In this document: positions 47,801 to 60,300 of the stretch, in pieces
Layout: every line of letters starts with the position of its first letter
How positions within the stretch are numbered: the first letter of the stretch is position 1
DNA from: Azolla caroliniana
Taxonomy: Eukaryota; Plantae; Polypodiophyta
Length of the DNA stretch: 64,000 nt
NCBI GenBank assembly: GCA_043228905.1
Contig: JBHGNT010000014.1
Location: forward strand, 17,484,001-17,548,000
Direction of reading: 5' to 3'
Notes under the pieces: generated by a model
What the model was told of the DNA's origin: nothing
Database searches by the model: none
What the model saw: only the letters and a program-made list of their open reading frames with translations
Translations under genes and position numbers: made by a program

Positions 47801-48540
47801 GAAATCGAGGACGTCGTGGACTTGAGCTATCTTCACAACCAACGCGTGATTTCGGTTAACTCCGTCAACATGTACGCTATCATCGATGAATACCGTCGTG
47901 GCATCTCGATGAAGGAAGCTGACATCAACACGAAATATAAAACGGTGGATAAGAAGATCAAGCCAGTTGCGGTGTCGGCAAAAGAATTGATATTACAATA
48001 CCAAGAGGAAAAATAACAAAATATATAATCCCAAAATAGGATGGCAAAAAATCAAATGAAGTTACAAGTTGGGAAGGCCCAAAACATGGCGTACCCACTT
48101 AGCAATCGTATGACGTAGGAGGTGGACATCATCATGACCGTACAAGTGCTCAAACCATTGTCAGATAGGATCTATAAGAACACATATTCGAGGATGATTG
48201 TACGCAAAATTGAAATGATAATACATTAATGAAGTCTGAAGATTTGAGGTCGTGTACAAACTCTTCCACAAACATCAAAATCGTTTGCATTACATAATAT
48301 CCACAATCATTCCCATTGGGTTGAGTTGGGATCTGGATTTCGATATGTTGATTCCTCTATCTTTAGCCCTCTTGGGAGCACGGTCTTAATGCCATTCTTC
48401 AATAAATGTGCCTCTATCTCCACTTTCTTATGAAACGTCGTGGAACATAGGAACATTTGAAATAGGTAGTATGTTGTGCTCTCTTTTTTACTTCTAGGGA
48501 GATGTTAAAAAATGGCAAATTTCAGCACAATTTCATGATG

Positions 48541-48794
48541 GTATGACGTATGTATACACGGTTTCTTAAAACATACCAAAATTCTCAACTAATTATTTTC
48601 ATGACAAGAAAGTCAATAGTTACATATTCCATTTGTCATGTTCTTTTATCGAATTTGGAGACAATGAGTATGACGTATGTATACACGGTTTCTTAAAACA
48701 TACCAAAATTCTCAACTAATTATTTTCATGACAAGAAAGTCAATAGTTACATATTCCATTTGTCATGTTCTTTTATCGAATTTGGAGACAATGA
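48541..48794. repeat. Tandem duplication of 127 bp (copies identical by eye)
   Basis: GTATGACGTATGTATACACGG...GGAGACAATGA starts at 48541 and again at 48668. Confidence 0.9.
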
Positions 48795-49716
48795 ATGGAA
48801 TTCCATGTAAGCTTAATTGTATCAACCCCAATTTTGCAAATAATGAAAATGGTACCCCATTGAACAAATTTTACAATGCTGAATTGATGTCTATTTATAT
48901 CGAATGTGTCTCTTAGTATTAAATGCAATCCACTCTGTTATTGATTTGTCTCAAAATGTAGACCATTGTTCTCAACTTGCTGTCATGTTAAGAACTTTAT
49001 TTCAGAAACAACATGTTGTAACTTTGTTTTGGACCAATATGCATTACCAGGGAAGAGGCGACCATTGGCACTCCACATATTTGGTTTTTTATTTGCATTT
49101 TTTAATTATTTGCACCTGATTTGACAATGTCAGTAATGTATAATATGCATTACAACAAAACATTTTGTATCTATTAGCAGTTGGAATATCAACATCAAAA
49201 CCCTTACTTGTTGGAGTCACATCGCCATCTAACGTTTTTGTTGGCCCGTTTGGTCTGCACCTTTTAAAGCCTCTACCTCTACCCCCTCCATGTCATTTTG
49301 GGCCTCCGTCTTTCTTGAATCGTTGGTTTTGATACTCCTCCATACAAAAAACCTTGCTACCATGAGAGAAGATAGAACACATTCATTAGAAGTTGAGAGA
49401 CTATCACATTTTTTATAAATGAATCTGAATAGTGCCTCTCTTTGCTGGGTTTTCTTTCACTCCAATCTTCATCCATGTCAAGGAATTGTAAGGACTGAGC
49501 AACCATCTATGCATGCAAGATAGTCTCTTACAAATGTTGAAAACCCACACGCACATCAAAACAAGAAGGTTGACCTTGAATGCACAGAAATAACAAAGTT
49601 TGCACAAAAATGACCCGTAAATCCCTAAATGCAGAGAAATGTAAAGGTTTCCACATTTTCGACATCTTTTGCTAATCCTAAAATGCAAAGAAATTTGAAA
49701 GCCACAAGAATCACAA

Positions 49717-49980
49717 TGCATGCACAATCAATATATGCAAGCCACCATAATCTAAATGCCTTCACAATCTCAAAAAGATTGAAAACCCTAAACCATAACC
49801 ATATATCATCAATCATTGATAGCAACACTAGATCATTCATATGATACTCACAAACATTACTACGATGGACAAATATGAAAATGAAGAATGCAATGCATGC
49901 ACAATCAAATACGCAAGCCACAAGATCTAAAAGCATCCATACTCTCTCAAGAAGATTGAGAACCCTAACCCTAACCATCA
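49717..49980. repeat. Diverged ~176-bp-period direct repeat, likely the subterminal region of a DNA transposon
   Basis: ATGCATGCACAATCAA...GCAAGCCAC...ATCTAAA...AAGATTGA.AACCCTAA recurs at ~49717 and ~49893. Confidence 0.55.
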
Positions 49981-50626
49981 ATAATTGATACTGATTAAAC
50001 ATCCATGCTTTAGACAAATAAGCAAATGAAGAAAGTACTTACCATGTGGACGTTCAAGTATAGGTATAGGTGCTTGCGTGGGTGTAGTTGGTCAAGCGAG
50101 GTGCAACAGGTTTCAAATTTTGGTAAAAAATGTAAATGTGTAAGGTTTTAGCAACAATTGCGCACACTTAGGTGCACCATGACATTGGGTTAGGATTGAA
50201 GGACTGGGTTGGGTCAAATGTCTATTTAGGTCCGAATGCCGAGTTAAGCTTGGAGAATTACAATGCATGGGTTAGGTTTACATACTCTGAGTTAGGTAAT
50301 GTAATGGGAGGATTTTTGCAGGTTAGAAATTACAATGCCCGGGTCGGAAAATCTCTCTACACAGGTTAAATGTGACAGAGGTTGGTTAGAGCCAAGTTGG
50401 TTTTTAGGTGTGTGCTTTTTTGTGGATAGAGATTTGGCGGTGTAGATCTCATGTGCGCCTTGCACCATCAAATGACCAATGATTTCCTCACCAGGTAGGC
50501 CCCTTTTATTATTTGGTTGCAAATAGAAACGTCCCTCTCAATGATAGGAATCAACGACGGTTTGGTTTCGGCTTAAAACCGGTTAAGCCTTAATCGGTTT
50601 GGCAGTTTTCAAACTTGAACCCAAAC

Positions 50627-51009
50627 CATAGTTCCTAATATTCGCGTACGTCCAATTTACTGGACGTACGCGAACGTTTGCAAACGTACGCGTATGATAC
50701 GCGATATTCGTTTGGTTTTTTTTTTTTTTTTTTTGACTTTTTTTTGGTTTTTTTTTTTTTGATATTCATAATATTTTGTGAATAGAAGTGACATCTGACA
50801 CACATACACACACACTCTCTCTCTCTCACACGAGAACTGACAGATTTTCTCTCTCTACAAAATCTAGATATCTAATATACATATTACATACTCCCTCACA
50901 CAGACAAAACCCATAGCTCCTCTCTCTCTCTCTCTCTAGAGTCTAGATATACACTCAATCACTGTCTCCTCACACATGCAAAACAGGGCTTCTCTCTCTA
51001 GACCACACA

Positions 51010-51056
<47 letters not shown>

Positions 51057-51221
51057 CCTCACACACACACACTATGTACACCATATACACCATATGTATA
51101 TATAATATATCTATGTACCGCGTATGGATTTCAATCATACTTGGAGCCTTTTCACGTATGAGTATGATACGAATATTGGCGTTTGAGTATGACACGAATG
51201 AGACGTATGGCTAGAACTATG
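50627..51221. mobile_element. Non-autonomous hAT-type element (595 bp) in the PurN promoter
   Basis: Termini CATAGTTC.../...GAACTATG, perfect 8-bp TSD ACCCAAAC (50619-26 and 51222-29), subterminal CGTA/GTATGA repeats, 14-bp-stem palindrome at 50641-50674, internal (CT)n. Confidence 0.88.
51012..51053. repeat. (CT)n microsatellite
   Basis: About 21 CT units. Confidence 0.9.
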
Positions 51222-51305
51222 ACCCAAACCCAAACTCCTAAACCCGAAACCCTTTCTCTAACACTACTAACTCACTAACTCTTCCCCCACAGATTGAAGA
51301 AGAAG

Positions 51306-54300
51306 ATGATGATGAGCATGTCTTCTTCTGCGCCCCGCAGTTTCCTAAGAGACCATCCCCACCGCCTCCCTCGACTCAGCAATCTCGCTAATCTTCGGGC
51401 TCCAGCTCCAGCTCCAGCTCCGCAGAGTATTCTTATGCTCGTTTCACCATCAGCTGGAACCGTTTCCAGGATCAGTAGTACCAGCATCAAATTAGACAAA
51501 GACAAAGTTGCACACAAAGATGAAGGCAAAGAAAGCCATGGATTTTTGAGGAAGAAGCTTGCTGTTTTCGTTTCCGGAGGAGGATCAAACTTTCGGACCA
51601 TCCACAAAGCTTCGATGGAGAATAAGATATATGGAGATATCTCCGTGGTTGTATCAGACAAACCAGGTGGAATGTCTTTCTTTTAATTAGTTTATTTGGT
51701 CTTATTTTGATTCTGCAGCTGTATGTGACTAGCTTTCAAAAATTTGGATAGGCACATATTAATTTCAAGGATGTCATAGAGTGTTCTAGTTGCTGTTTTA
51801 TTGATCTGTCTGAATCCAGTTTAGGCACTCTCTAAGATTAAATATTCTGTTTCCATTGTATTCATTTGACTATGTGAAGACTGTAAGGGTTAGGATTGAT
51901 GTCAATAGGGCTAAGGAATACTCAGGATTCACCCTAGTATAGGACCTTTAGATGCAATAGTGGAGCTATGGTAGAAAAGATAGATAGATAGAGAGAGCGA
52001 GAGCAAGAGCGTTTATATGGCCCATTTAGGGTTTGCCAAATTCACACTGAACTTGGCCCAAAAGTAACAAAAAAGTGATGAGTGACTTTTGGCCTTTATA
52101 AATAGGCCTATATACATGTACACACTATAAAGGGGTCATTTAGGGCCTTTACCCCAACAAAGACTAGCTGTTGAATCAATATACTGCAATATCTTGGAAT
52201 ATTAGTCACTAGTGATGTTTTTTGTCTTGCAAATATGTCATTCTTTCCTTTATTTTATGCTAATTTCTAAAATTTAAATCAACATTGTGGATAGTCTCAT
52301 CTTTTATATTCAATAATGTTAAGAAGCATGCTATTTTTCGTTGCATCAACTTGTTTCGATTAGTCTATGCAAATATCTCAAATTTGTATATTTGATAGTG
52401 TTAAGAATTGCGATGTATAGGCAGAGAGATCAATTTTGTGAAATTAGTGTAAAATTGCAGCTACGACTAAGAAGCCCTGTTTTGTATAGATCGTATTCAC
52501 ATGGAATGATTGAATGCATATTTCAAATCTAAACAAATTTTAAAAAAACTCTTCATATTGGCAATACATGTTGCAGATTGCAAGGCATGTGACTATGCAA
52601 GGAGTAATAATATTCCAGTGATTGAATATCCAAAGAGAAAAGCTTCTGAATATGAAAACTTCCCCACTGAACTTGTTGATTCTCTCAGGTACAATGCACA
52701 TTTCGTGTATTTTCTTATGTTCAATATGGGTTTCTGTCTGTTTAGTTGAAGTTCCATTTTACCTTCTTCATGAATAAGAATCATGACCGGTTTTAAGGGT
52801 TCAAGATTCCTTCCACCACGGCTGAATATAGCTCTGAATATGTCTATCTTGCATTGGGGCTTATAAGTGCTTTATGATTGATAAGATCTAAATCTCCTGA
52901 TCTGGTTTTCTCATGTATCATAGTCTCCTTTAGTACAAATCTTGTTTTACGTATTTTGTTCTTGTTCCACTTTAATAATTTCATATTCTTTGCACTTTAC
53001 AACCCATCTCTCCTTCATGCAACAAAACTTGTAAAGCCTAGTACATTCTGGTGCTTTCTAATTATGTGTTTGATTCCTTCTGACATGCACATGATAGATT
53101 AAATGACGAGGAGCTCTCATATACTTCTTACATATTGTTATTCCTTTATATCATATGATTATTTGTAGAAGATTATTGTAGGACGTAAAAATCGTTCTGT
53201 CATCTAGTTGGTTTGATAGTTTTATCTTCTTGAAGATGTAGCAGTTGTTAGATATAATCAATGATCAGCCCCAAGTTGTAAATCTATCCCCATATGTGCT
53301 CTTAGAGTGCACATTTTGTGATAGCGCCCCAAATGAGGAGCGATTAGTGTGCAACTCGACCATATGGGTCGATAAGGTGTTAATCTAGGAAACCGTAGAT
53401 GTGTAGGACACAATGTATTAGGAAAGAGAGAAATAGGTAATAGGATTGGCTAATCAAGTCAACTAGAATATTTTGTGGGCAAGTTACGATGTACTTAGTT
53501 TTGAAGTATGCGTCATTGACTTCAAGATAAGTACTATCTAGCACTAGCCTGTACCTAGGGAGTTGGTCATATTAAATGACAAGTCAGTTGACAGAAAAGG
53601 AATATCTCCAGTACTATCAACTGACCTGCACATTTAATGTTATACTTAGACCAAACATAGAAAGCAATCCACTTTCTTTTCACAGTGGTTGGCTTGACAT
53701 TCAATCCCCACTAATTTTGTAGTGAGCTGGTCCATATCCTATCTAAGCTCTAAGGTGTAAGTGCATGGGAAAACTACCATTGTGAGCTACTGTAATAGAA
53801 GTTTTGTTTTCATATATCCCATCTCTGTAGTTGTAACTCTATATACCTATCTAATCAATTCTCAATATTTCTAACATGGTATCAGAGCTGAGAGGTTGAT
53901 CTAGATTAGGTATATACGGGCAGTTGCTGTCTGGCAGCACAGAGAAATAGAGAAAGAGAGAGAGTATCAATGACCTTGTCCACGAATGTTGCAGCTGCTC
54001 CACTGCGCATTTGCCCACCTCCATTGTCTGATGGAAAGCTAGATGGAACCAACTACACTCTATGGAAGTTCAAAATGTCTGCCATTTTGGACTCCTACGA
54101 GTTGTTGGAGACAATCATGGGACCCACAGGAGGAGACCCTGAGCCCATGACGACCTTTGACCCTGCACACCCTACCACATCAATCCCTCCAAATGCTGAT
54201 CTACTTCGAGCCTGGAAGAGAAGGAATGCTGATGCGTTGTGTACCATAGTCACTGGTGTATGTGACTCTGTACTAACATTAGTGCAACATACAACCAAGG

Positions 54301-57300
54301 CACATGAACCTTGGAGCATATTGGCCAGCCAGTAGGAGACCAGAAACTATACAAGGATACAAAACCTTGAAAATCAGCTTGCTGCAGAGAAGCTCGCCGA
54401 TGGAGAGAAAGTAGAATCCTTTGTAAAAAGGATTAAGGATCTTCAAGATCAGCTGGCGGCTGTTGGAGTAGTCATCTCTCAAGAGGATATGGCTCGTCGG
54501 TGCATTCGAGTACTTCCTTTCAAGTATGATGGCATTGTGACAGCATTGAACACTCAGGTTCGACCCATTCCTTTAAAATTTGATGAACTAAGTGCGATGC
54601 TGCTTGAAGAGGAGCTTCGGCTGAAGACAAGAGAAGGAAGGGAAGATTCGGCATTTGTCTCTAGAACTCAGGGTAAAGGGGCATCCAATTCAAACAATGC
54701 GAATAGGATACCAAAGAAGAAGTTCAATGGATCGTGTTTCTATTGTGACAAGAAGGGTCACACAATCAAGGATTGTCGGAAGAAGATGGCGGATGAGAAG
54801 AATGGTTCTAGTAAGACCTCTTGGAGAGAGCTCAAGTCCGCCAACAACGTCGTAGATGAGCTTGAGTTATGGGTCGCAACTGAAGAAGTGTGTTCTTCAG
54901 TTGACACCCAAGTTGTTGACAACTCTTGGATTCTCGATAGTGGAGTGTCCCGACATATGACCAGTAATCGTGATTGGTATAACTCTTGGACACCTCTACA
55001 AGAGCCCATTAATGTTGTGGTTGGGAACAATGCTTGATGTCCAGCCAAAGGAACCGGAACCGTCTCCCTCAAAGCAACGACCGGCGGGACAAAGCATCTC
55101 TCTCAAGTGTTGTACGTGCCAGATCTCAAGAAGAATCTATTGTCCATTACTGCACTGACCGACAAGGGTCTTGATGTTCGATTCAAGAAATCGGATGTAG
55201 AAATAACAGATTCTACTGGCAAGGTTGTAGGAATAGGGGTAAGGCGCAACAATCTCTATGAGCTGAGCGCACTTACCATTTCTACTGACCACAGCACAAG
55301 TACTAACACAAAGCAATGGCATGAGAGATTTGGGCATCTCAATGTTGTTGTGTTGAAGGAGATGAAGAAGTCGAATATGGTAGTTGGGTTGCCAACCCTA
55401 TCTGACTTAAGTCATGTTTGTGATGCTTGTATGATGGGCAAGCATCAAAGATCAGCTATTCCAAAAGAGAGTCAAAATCAGACAAAGACTCCTCTACAGC
55501 TAATACACATCGACCTCTCTAGAAAAATGGTGACTCCTGCAATGGGTGGATCTCTCTACTATATGCTGCTAGTCGACGACTTTAGTAGAAAGATGTGGGT
55601 TTACTTCCTTCGGGAGAAGGCTGAAGCTTTTAAAATCTTCAAAAGATGGCATAAGTTTGTTGAGCGAGAGTCCGGAAAGTTATTGAAGGAGTTACGCTTT
55701 GATCGAGGTGGAGAATTCTTATCAATAGAATTCTGTGAGTATTGCAAAGAGCATGGAATTAAGCGCCAACTTACAACTGCCTACACCCCACAACAAAATG
55801 GTGTTGTCAAACGTCGAAACCGAACAATTGTCGAGATGGCTAGGTGTATGTTGAAGGCACAAGCGCTGCCTGACCCATTCTGGGCTGAAGCAGTGAATAC
55901 AGAAGTTTACATCCTCAATCGGAGCTACACGAAGGCACTTCAAGGGAAAACACCCCACGAAGCTTATTCAGGCAAGAAACCTTCAGTGCTGCACTTCAAA
56001 ACCTTTGGGTGTACGTGCTACGCACATGTTCCAGATGTGAGCAGAAAGAAGTTGGATGCTAAAAGCAAGAAGTGTATCTTTCTCGGATATAGTGAAGAGT
56101 CAAAGGCCTATTGACTCTACGATCCAGAGGCAAGAAAGATATTGACAAGCCGCGATGTGGTGTTTGATGAAGAACAACCACAACTAGCTGAGAACAACGA
56201 TTCTCAAGTTATCTCATCAACTGAATCGTACTTTACCCAATTCCGACCCATTGTCCAGAAAAGGAAGCTGAACCATCTGATGGTAATGGCTCACTAGTTC
56301 AGCCTATGCTAGTCCCACATGTAAAGAAAATACCTAAGTGGGCTCAACAACTCTTCAATGACCGTACTCCTAAAGTTGAGTTTCCTGAAACTTCAACTGA
56401 TGGATTACGAAGATCAAGAAGAATACAGGAGCAAGGGAGAACCTCTGACCACATTGTCAACATGGCTCTGGTGGTGGACATCATCGGCTCAGTGAGTGAG
56501 CCGACCTCGGTGGAGGAAGCCATGGCCAACCCGAAGTGGAAAGAGGCGATGATATAAGAATATGATAGCATCATGAAAAATGACACATGGGAGTTGGTAG
56601 AGAGGCCAACAAAGAAGAAGGTGATAGGCACGAAGTGGGTGTGGAAAGTAAAGTATAAAGCTGATGGTTCTTTGGAGAAATTCAAGGCCGGGCTAGTAGC
56701 CCAAGGATACTCCCAAATTGAAGGGTTCGATGTACAAGAAAGATTTGCCCCGACAGCTCGCATGACAACAATTCGAATGGTCATAGCGTTGGCTGCTTCA
56801 AGAGGATGGCCGATTTACCAAATGGATGTCAAATCGGCATTTCTGAATGGGCATCTCAAGGAGGAGGTATATGTGATGCAACCACCAGGGTTTGAGATGC
56901 CGAATTCAGAAAACAAAGTATGCAAGCTGAAGAAGGCGTTGTATGGTCTAAATCAAGCACCAAGAGCTTGGAACAAGAGGATAGACAGCTTCTTACGATC
57001 AATCGACTTTAAGCAATGTGCTTCGGATGCAAGTATGTATGTCAAAATGAAGGACGGGAAACAAGTCATCATCATCATTTACGTGGATGACCTAGTTCTT
57101 ATTGGTGACCATGAAGAGTGCATTGGCCAAACACGAGTGTTTGAAAACTGAGTTTGAAATGACAGACTTGGGTATTCTACACTACTTCCTTGGAATTGAG
57201 GTTTGGCAAACTTCAGTTGGCATCTTCATGTCACAAAGAAAGTATGCAACAGAGATCTTGAAGACCTTTGGGATGATGGACAGCAAGTCAAATTCAACTT

Positions 57301-60300
57301 CAATGGAGTCAAACTGCAAACTATCCCAAGAAGACCCATCACCAATGGTTGACATAAGGAAGTATAGACAGCTAGTAGGAAGTCTAATTTTCCTATGCAA
57401 CACTAGGCCGGATATTTGTTTTGCAATCAGTGTGGTGAGTCGATTCAGCAACAAGCCGAAGGAGACTCATTGGAAAGCTGCTCTTCATGTATTAAAGTAC
57501 ATTGTGGGTACTTTAAATTACGGAATCTTCTACAAGCCAACAATTGATGAACTTAGTGGGTATTGCGACTCCGACTGGGCTGGAGATAGTGATTCCAGAA
57601 AATCAGTTTCTGGATATTGTTTTTCAATAGGTTCTGGAGCTGTTTCATGGAGTAGTAAAAAACAACCAATAGTGGCACTATCTTCAACTGAGGCAGAATA
57701 CAAAGCAGCATGCATAGTGGCATGCGAGGTAGTTTGGCTAAGAAGAATCCTTACGGATGTGGCATTTCCAATAAGGACGACAACGGTATTGAGGTGTGAC
57801 AATCAGAGTTGCATGGCCATTGCCAAGAACCCCATATTTCATGCATGTACTAAACACAGAGATTCAATATCACTATGTGCGGGAGCTAATAAATGATGAG
57901 ACTGTGGAGCTTGAGTATTGTCCGACATCAGAAAATGCTGCGGATATCTTCACAAAGGCAATTGGAGCAGAACAGTTACAACAACACCTTCGACGACTAG
58001 GAGTTGGCCCAATTCCAAGTGAACTCAATGGGTTGATCATTGAGGGGGCGTGTTAGATATAATCAATGATCAGCCCCAAGTTGTAAATCTATCCCCATAT
58101 GTGCTCTTAGAGTGCACATTTTGTGATAGCGCCCCAAATGAGGAGCGACTAGTGTGCAACTCGACCATATGGGTCGATAAGGTGTTAATCTAGGAAACCG
58201 TAGATGCGTAGGACACAATGTATTTAGGAAAGAGAGAAATAGGTAATAGGATTGGCTAATCAAGTCAACTAGAATATTTTGTAGGCAAGTTATGATGTAC
58301 TTAGTCTTGAAGTATGCGTCATTGACTTCAAGATAAGTACTATCTAGCACTAGCCTGTACCTAGGGAGTTGGTCATATTAAATGACAAGTCAGTTGACAG
58401 AAAAGGAATATCTCCAGTACTATCAACTGACTTGCACATTTAATGTTATACTTAGACCAAACATAGAAAGCAATCCACTTTCTTTTCACAGTGGTTGGCT
58501 TGACATTCAATCCCCACTAATTTTGTAGTGAGCTGGTCCATATCCTATCTAAGCTCTAAGGTGTAAGTGCATGGGAAAACTACCATTGTGAGCTACTCTC
58601 ATATGTAATAGAAGTTTTATTTTCATATATCCCATCTCTGTAGTTGTAACTCTATATACCTATCTAATCGATTCTCAATATGCTACAATGAAACTAGTAG
58701 AAAGGATCTCCATGCTCATTAACTGATGGGCATGATAGTGCTGTTGAAAATCAGAGATCTTGATTGTATATGGCATCTGAAGATGGAATAGAGTAAGAGG
58801 TTCTTTTCTGGAAGTAGATTAATGCTATTACGTTGTAGCCTTGTAGGCAATAGTGCGATCATAATAATGTCCTATGAATGTTGGACATTTTGATGCTCCT
58901 ATAATGTTGTCAAGGAATTGTTTGTATATATGTGAAGCTTAACATTGAATGTAAGTCCAAAGGCTACACTTTCAAAGTCAAGTAGATTGGTTTCTATTCA
59001 TATGTGTAATATAAAAACATAAGCACATGCAGCTTTTACATAACTACTAGATAATTTAGTGGAAGATTCCTTTTTTCTTTTCTTAAAATGCAAAATATTA
59101 GCACGGCTAAACTCAAATTTATTGATGATAGTTCATGGTTCATGTGTGTGATATCAAAACATAGCCACATATAGTTATGCATAACTACTATATATATATT
59201 TCAGCCAAATGTTCTTTTTCCTTCTGAAAACCCAAAATTGTTCCTATGTAACAGAACCTCTGAAAACGCCTACGGTATATTCATGTAGGCAACGGGAATA
59301 GTGAAATTTTAGAAGAAGAAAAAACTCCTATTTATCATATACGAAGGCAATTTATGCAATTGAGCATCAACGAAATATATAATTTTATGGCATACTTTTT
59401 CAAACTAATCAATATTTAACTTTTCATGCCAAACATCAAATATTGACAATAGTTTGGATTGATTGGCAGGAAATATGAAATTGATTATATTTTATTGGCG
59501 GGTTACTTAAAACTCTTGCCTCCAGAATTAGTTCAAGCATATCCCCGAGCAATTTTGAATATCCATCCTGCCCTTTTGCCTGCATTTGGGGGGAAAGGTT
59601 ATTATGGTAGAAAAGTGCATGAAGCAGTTATCAAATCAGGTGCCAGGTAAGCATCGTTCTTCATTCAGGATTCTATACTAACAGTATGACACTCTTTGGG
59701 TTTCATATATATCGTGACATGGCATTTTCAATAGAAGTTTCAACAGCTGCTAGGACATATGAACTTGAGTTCAAAATTATTTATAGTTTCTGAAGTAGTA
59801 TTTATGATCAGAAAGGCATTGAAGCAAATTTTGAAACACTTAGCATTTTCTGTGGACTCGCAACCTGCAATAAGATGAAGTGTGGGAATCTGTAACTTCA
59901 GGCAACTGTCTTAAACTACATCAACCCTATCCCTCAATGGAACAATAAACATGCTGACAAAGGTAAGATTTTGCTTAGGTTCTAAGAAATAGAACCCCTA
60001 TTCCCATAGAGATGAAGGTCTGTATAGGTTTCTACATGAGGTGCATGGAAGACACTTGATGTGTGGGGTGGCTCTATCATAGTAAACTGACCCTCTTTCC
60101 TAGGTTTTAATAGCACAAGGTCTTTAATATGGTATAGGCCCATAAATGCACTGAACTGCACGTACATGGTAGAACATACACTATTATATACAAGTTATGT
60201 ACAGTATTATTGTGGCATCCCCACAGTGCATCTTAAAAAACTCTCAAAAAACAATTAAAGTATATTCTACAAGTAGATTTCTTTGTTGGCGAAGGTCAAG

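Larger units (their letters stand above)
30910..47972 (+). mobile_element. Gypsy family 2 copy A: 5' LTR split into 30910-31224 and 44554-45320 by Copia D; Trp PBS 45329-45345; gag-PR 45388-47546; pol truncated at 47972
   Basis: LTR begins TGTCGTGAAGAT and ends ATCTTCACGACA; the two halves rejoin across TSD GAGTG. ORF 45382-47376 has the CVWCDSMDHMRRDC knuckle and LIDHG protease. Pol homology stops at KIKPVA, where TGTCGGC begins. Confidence 0.9.
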
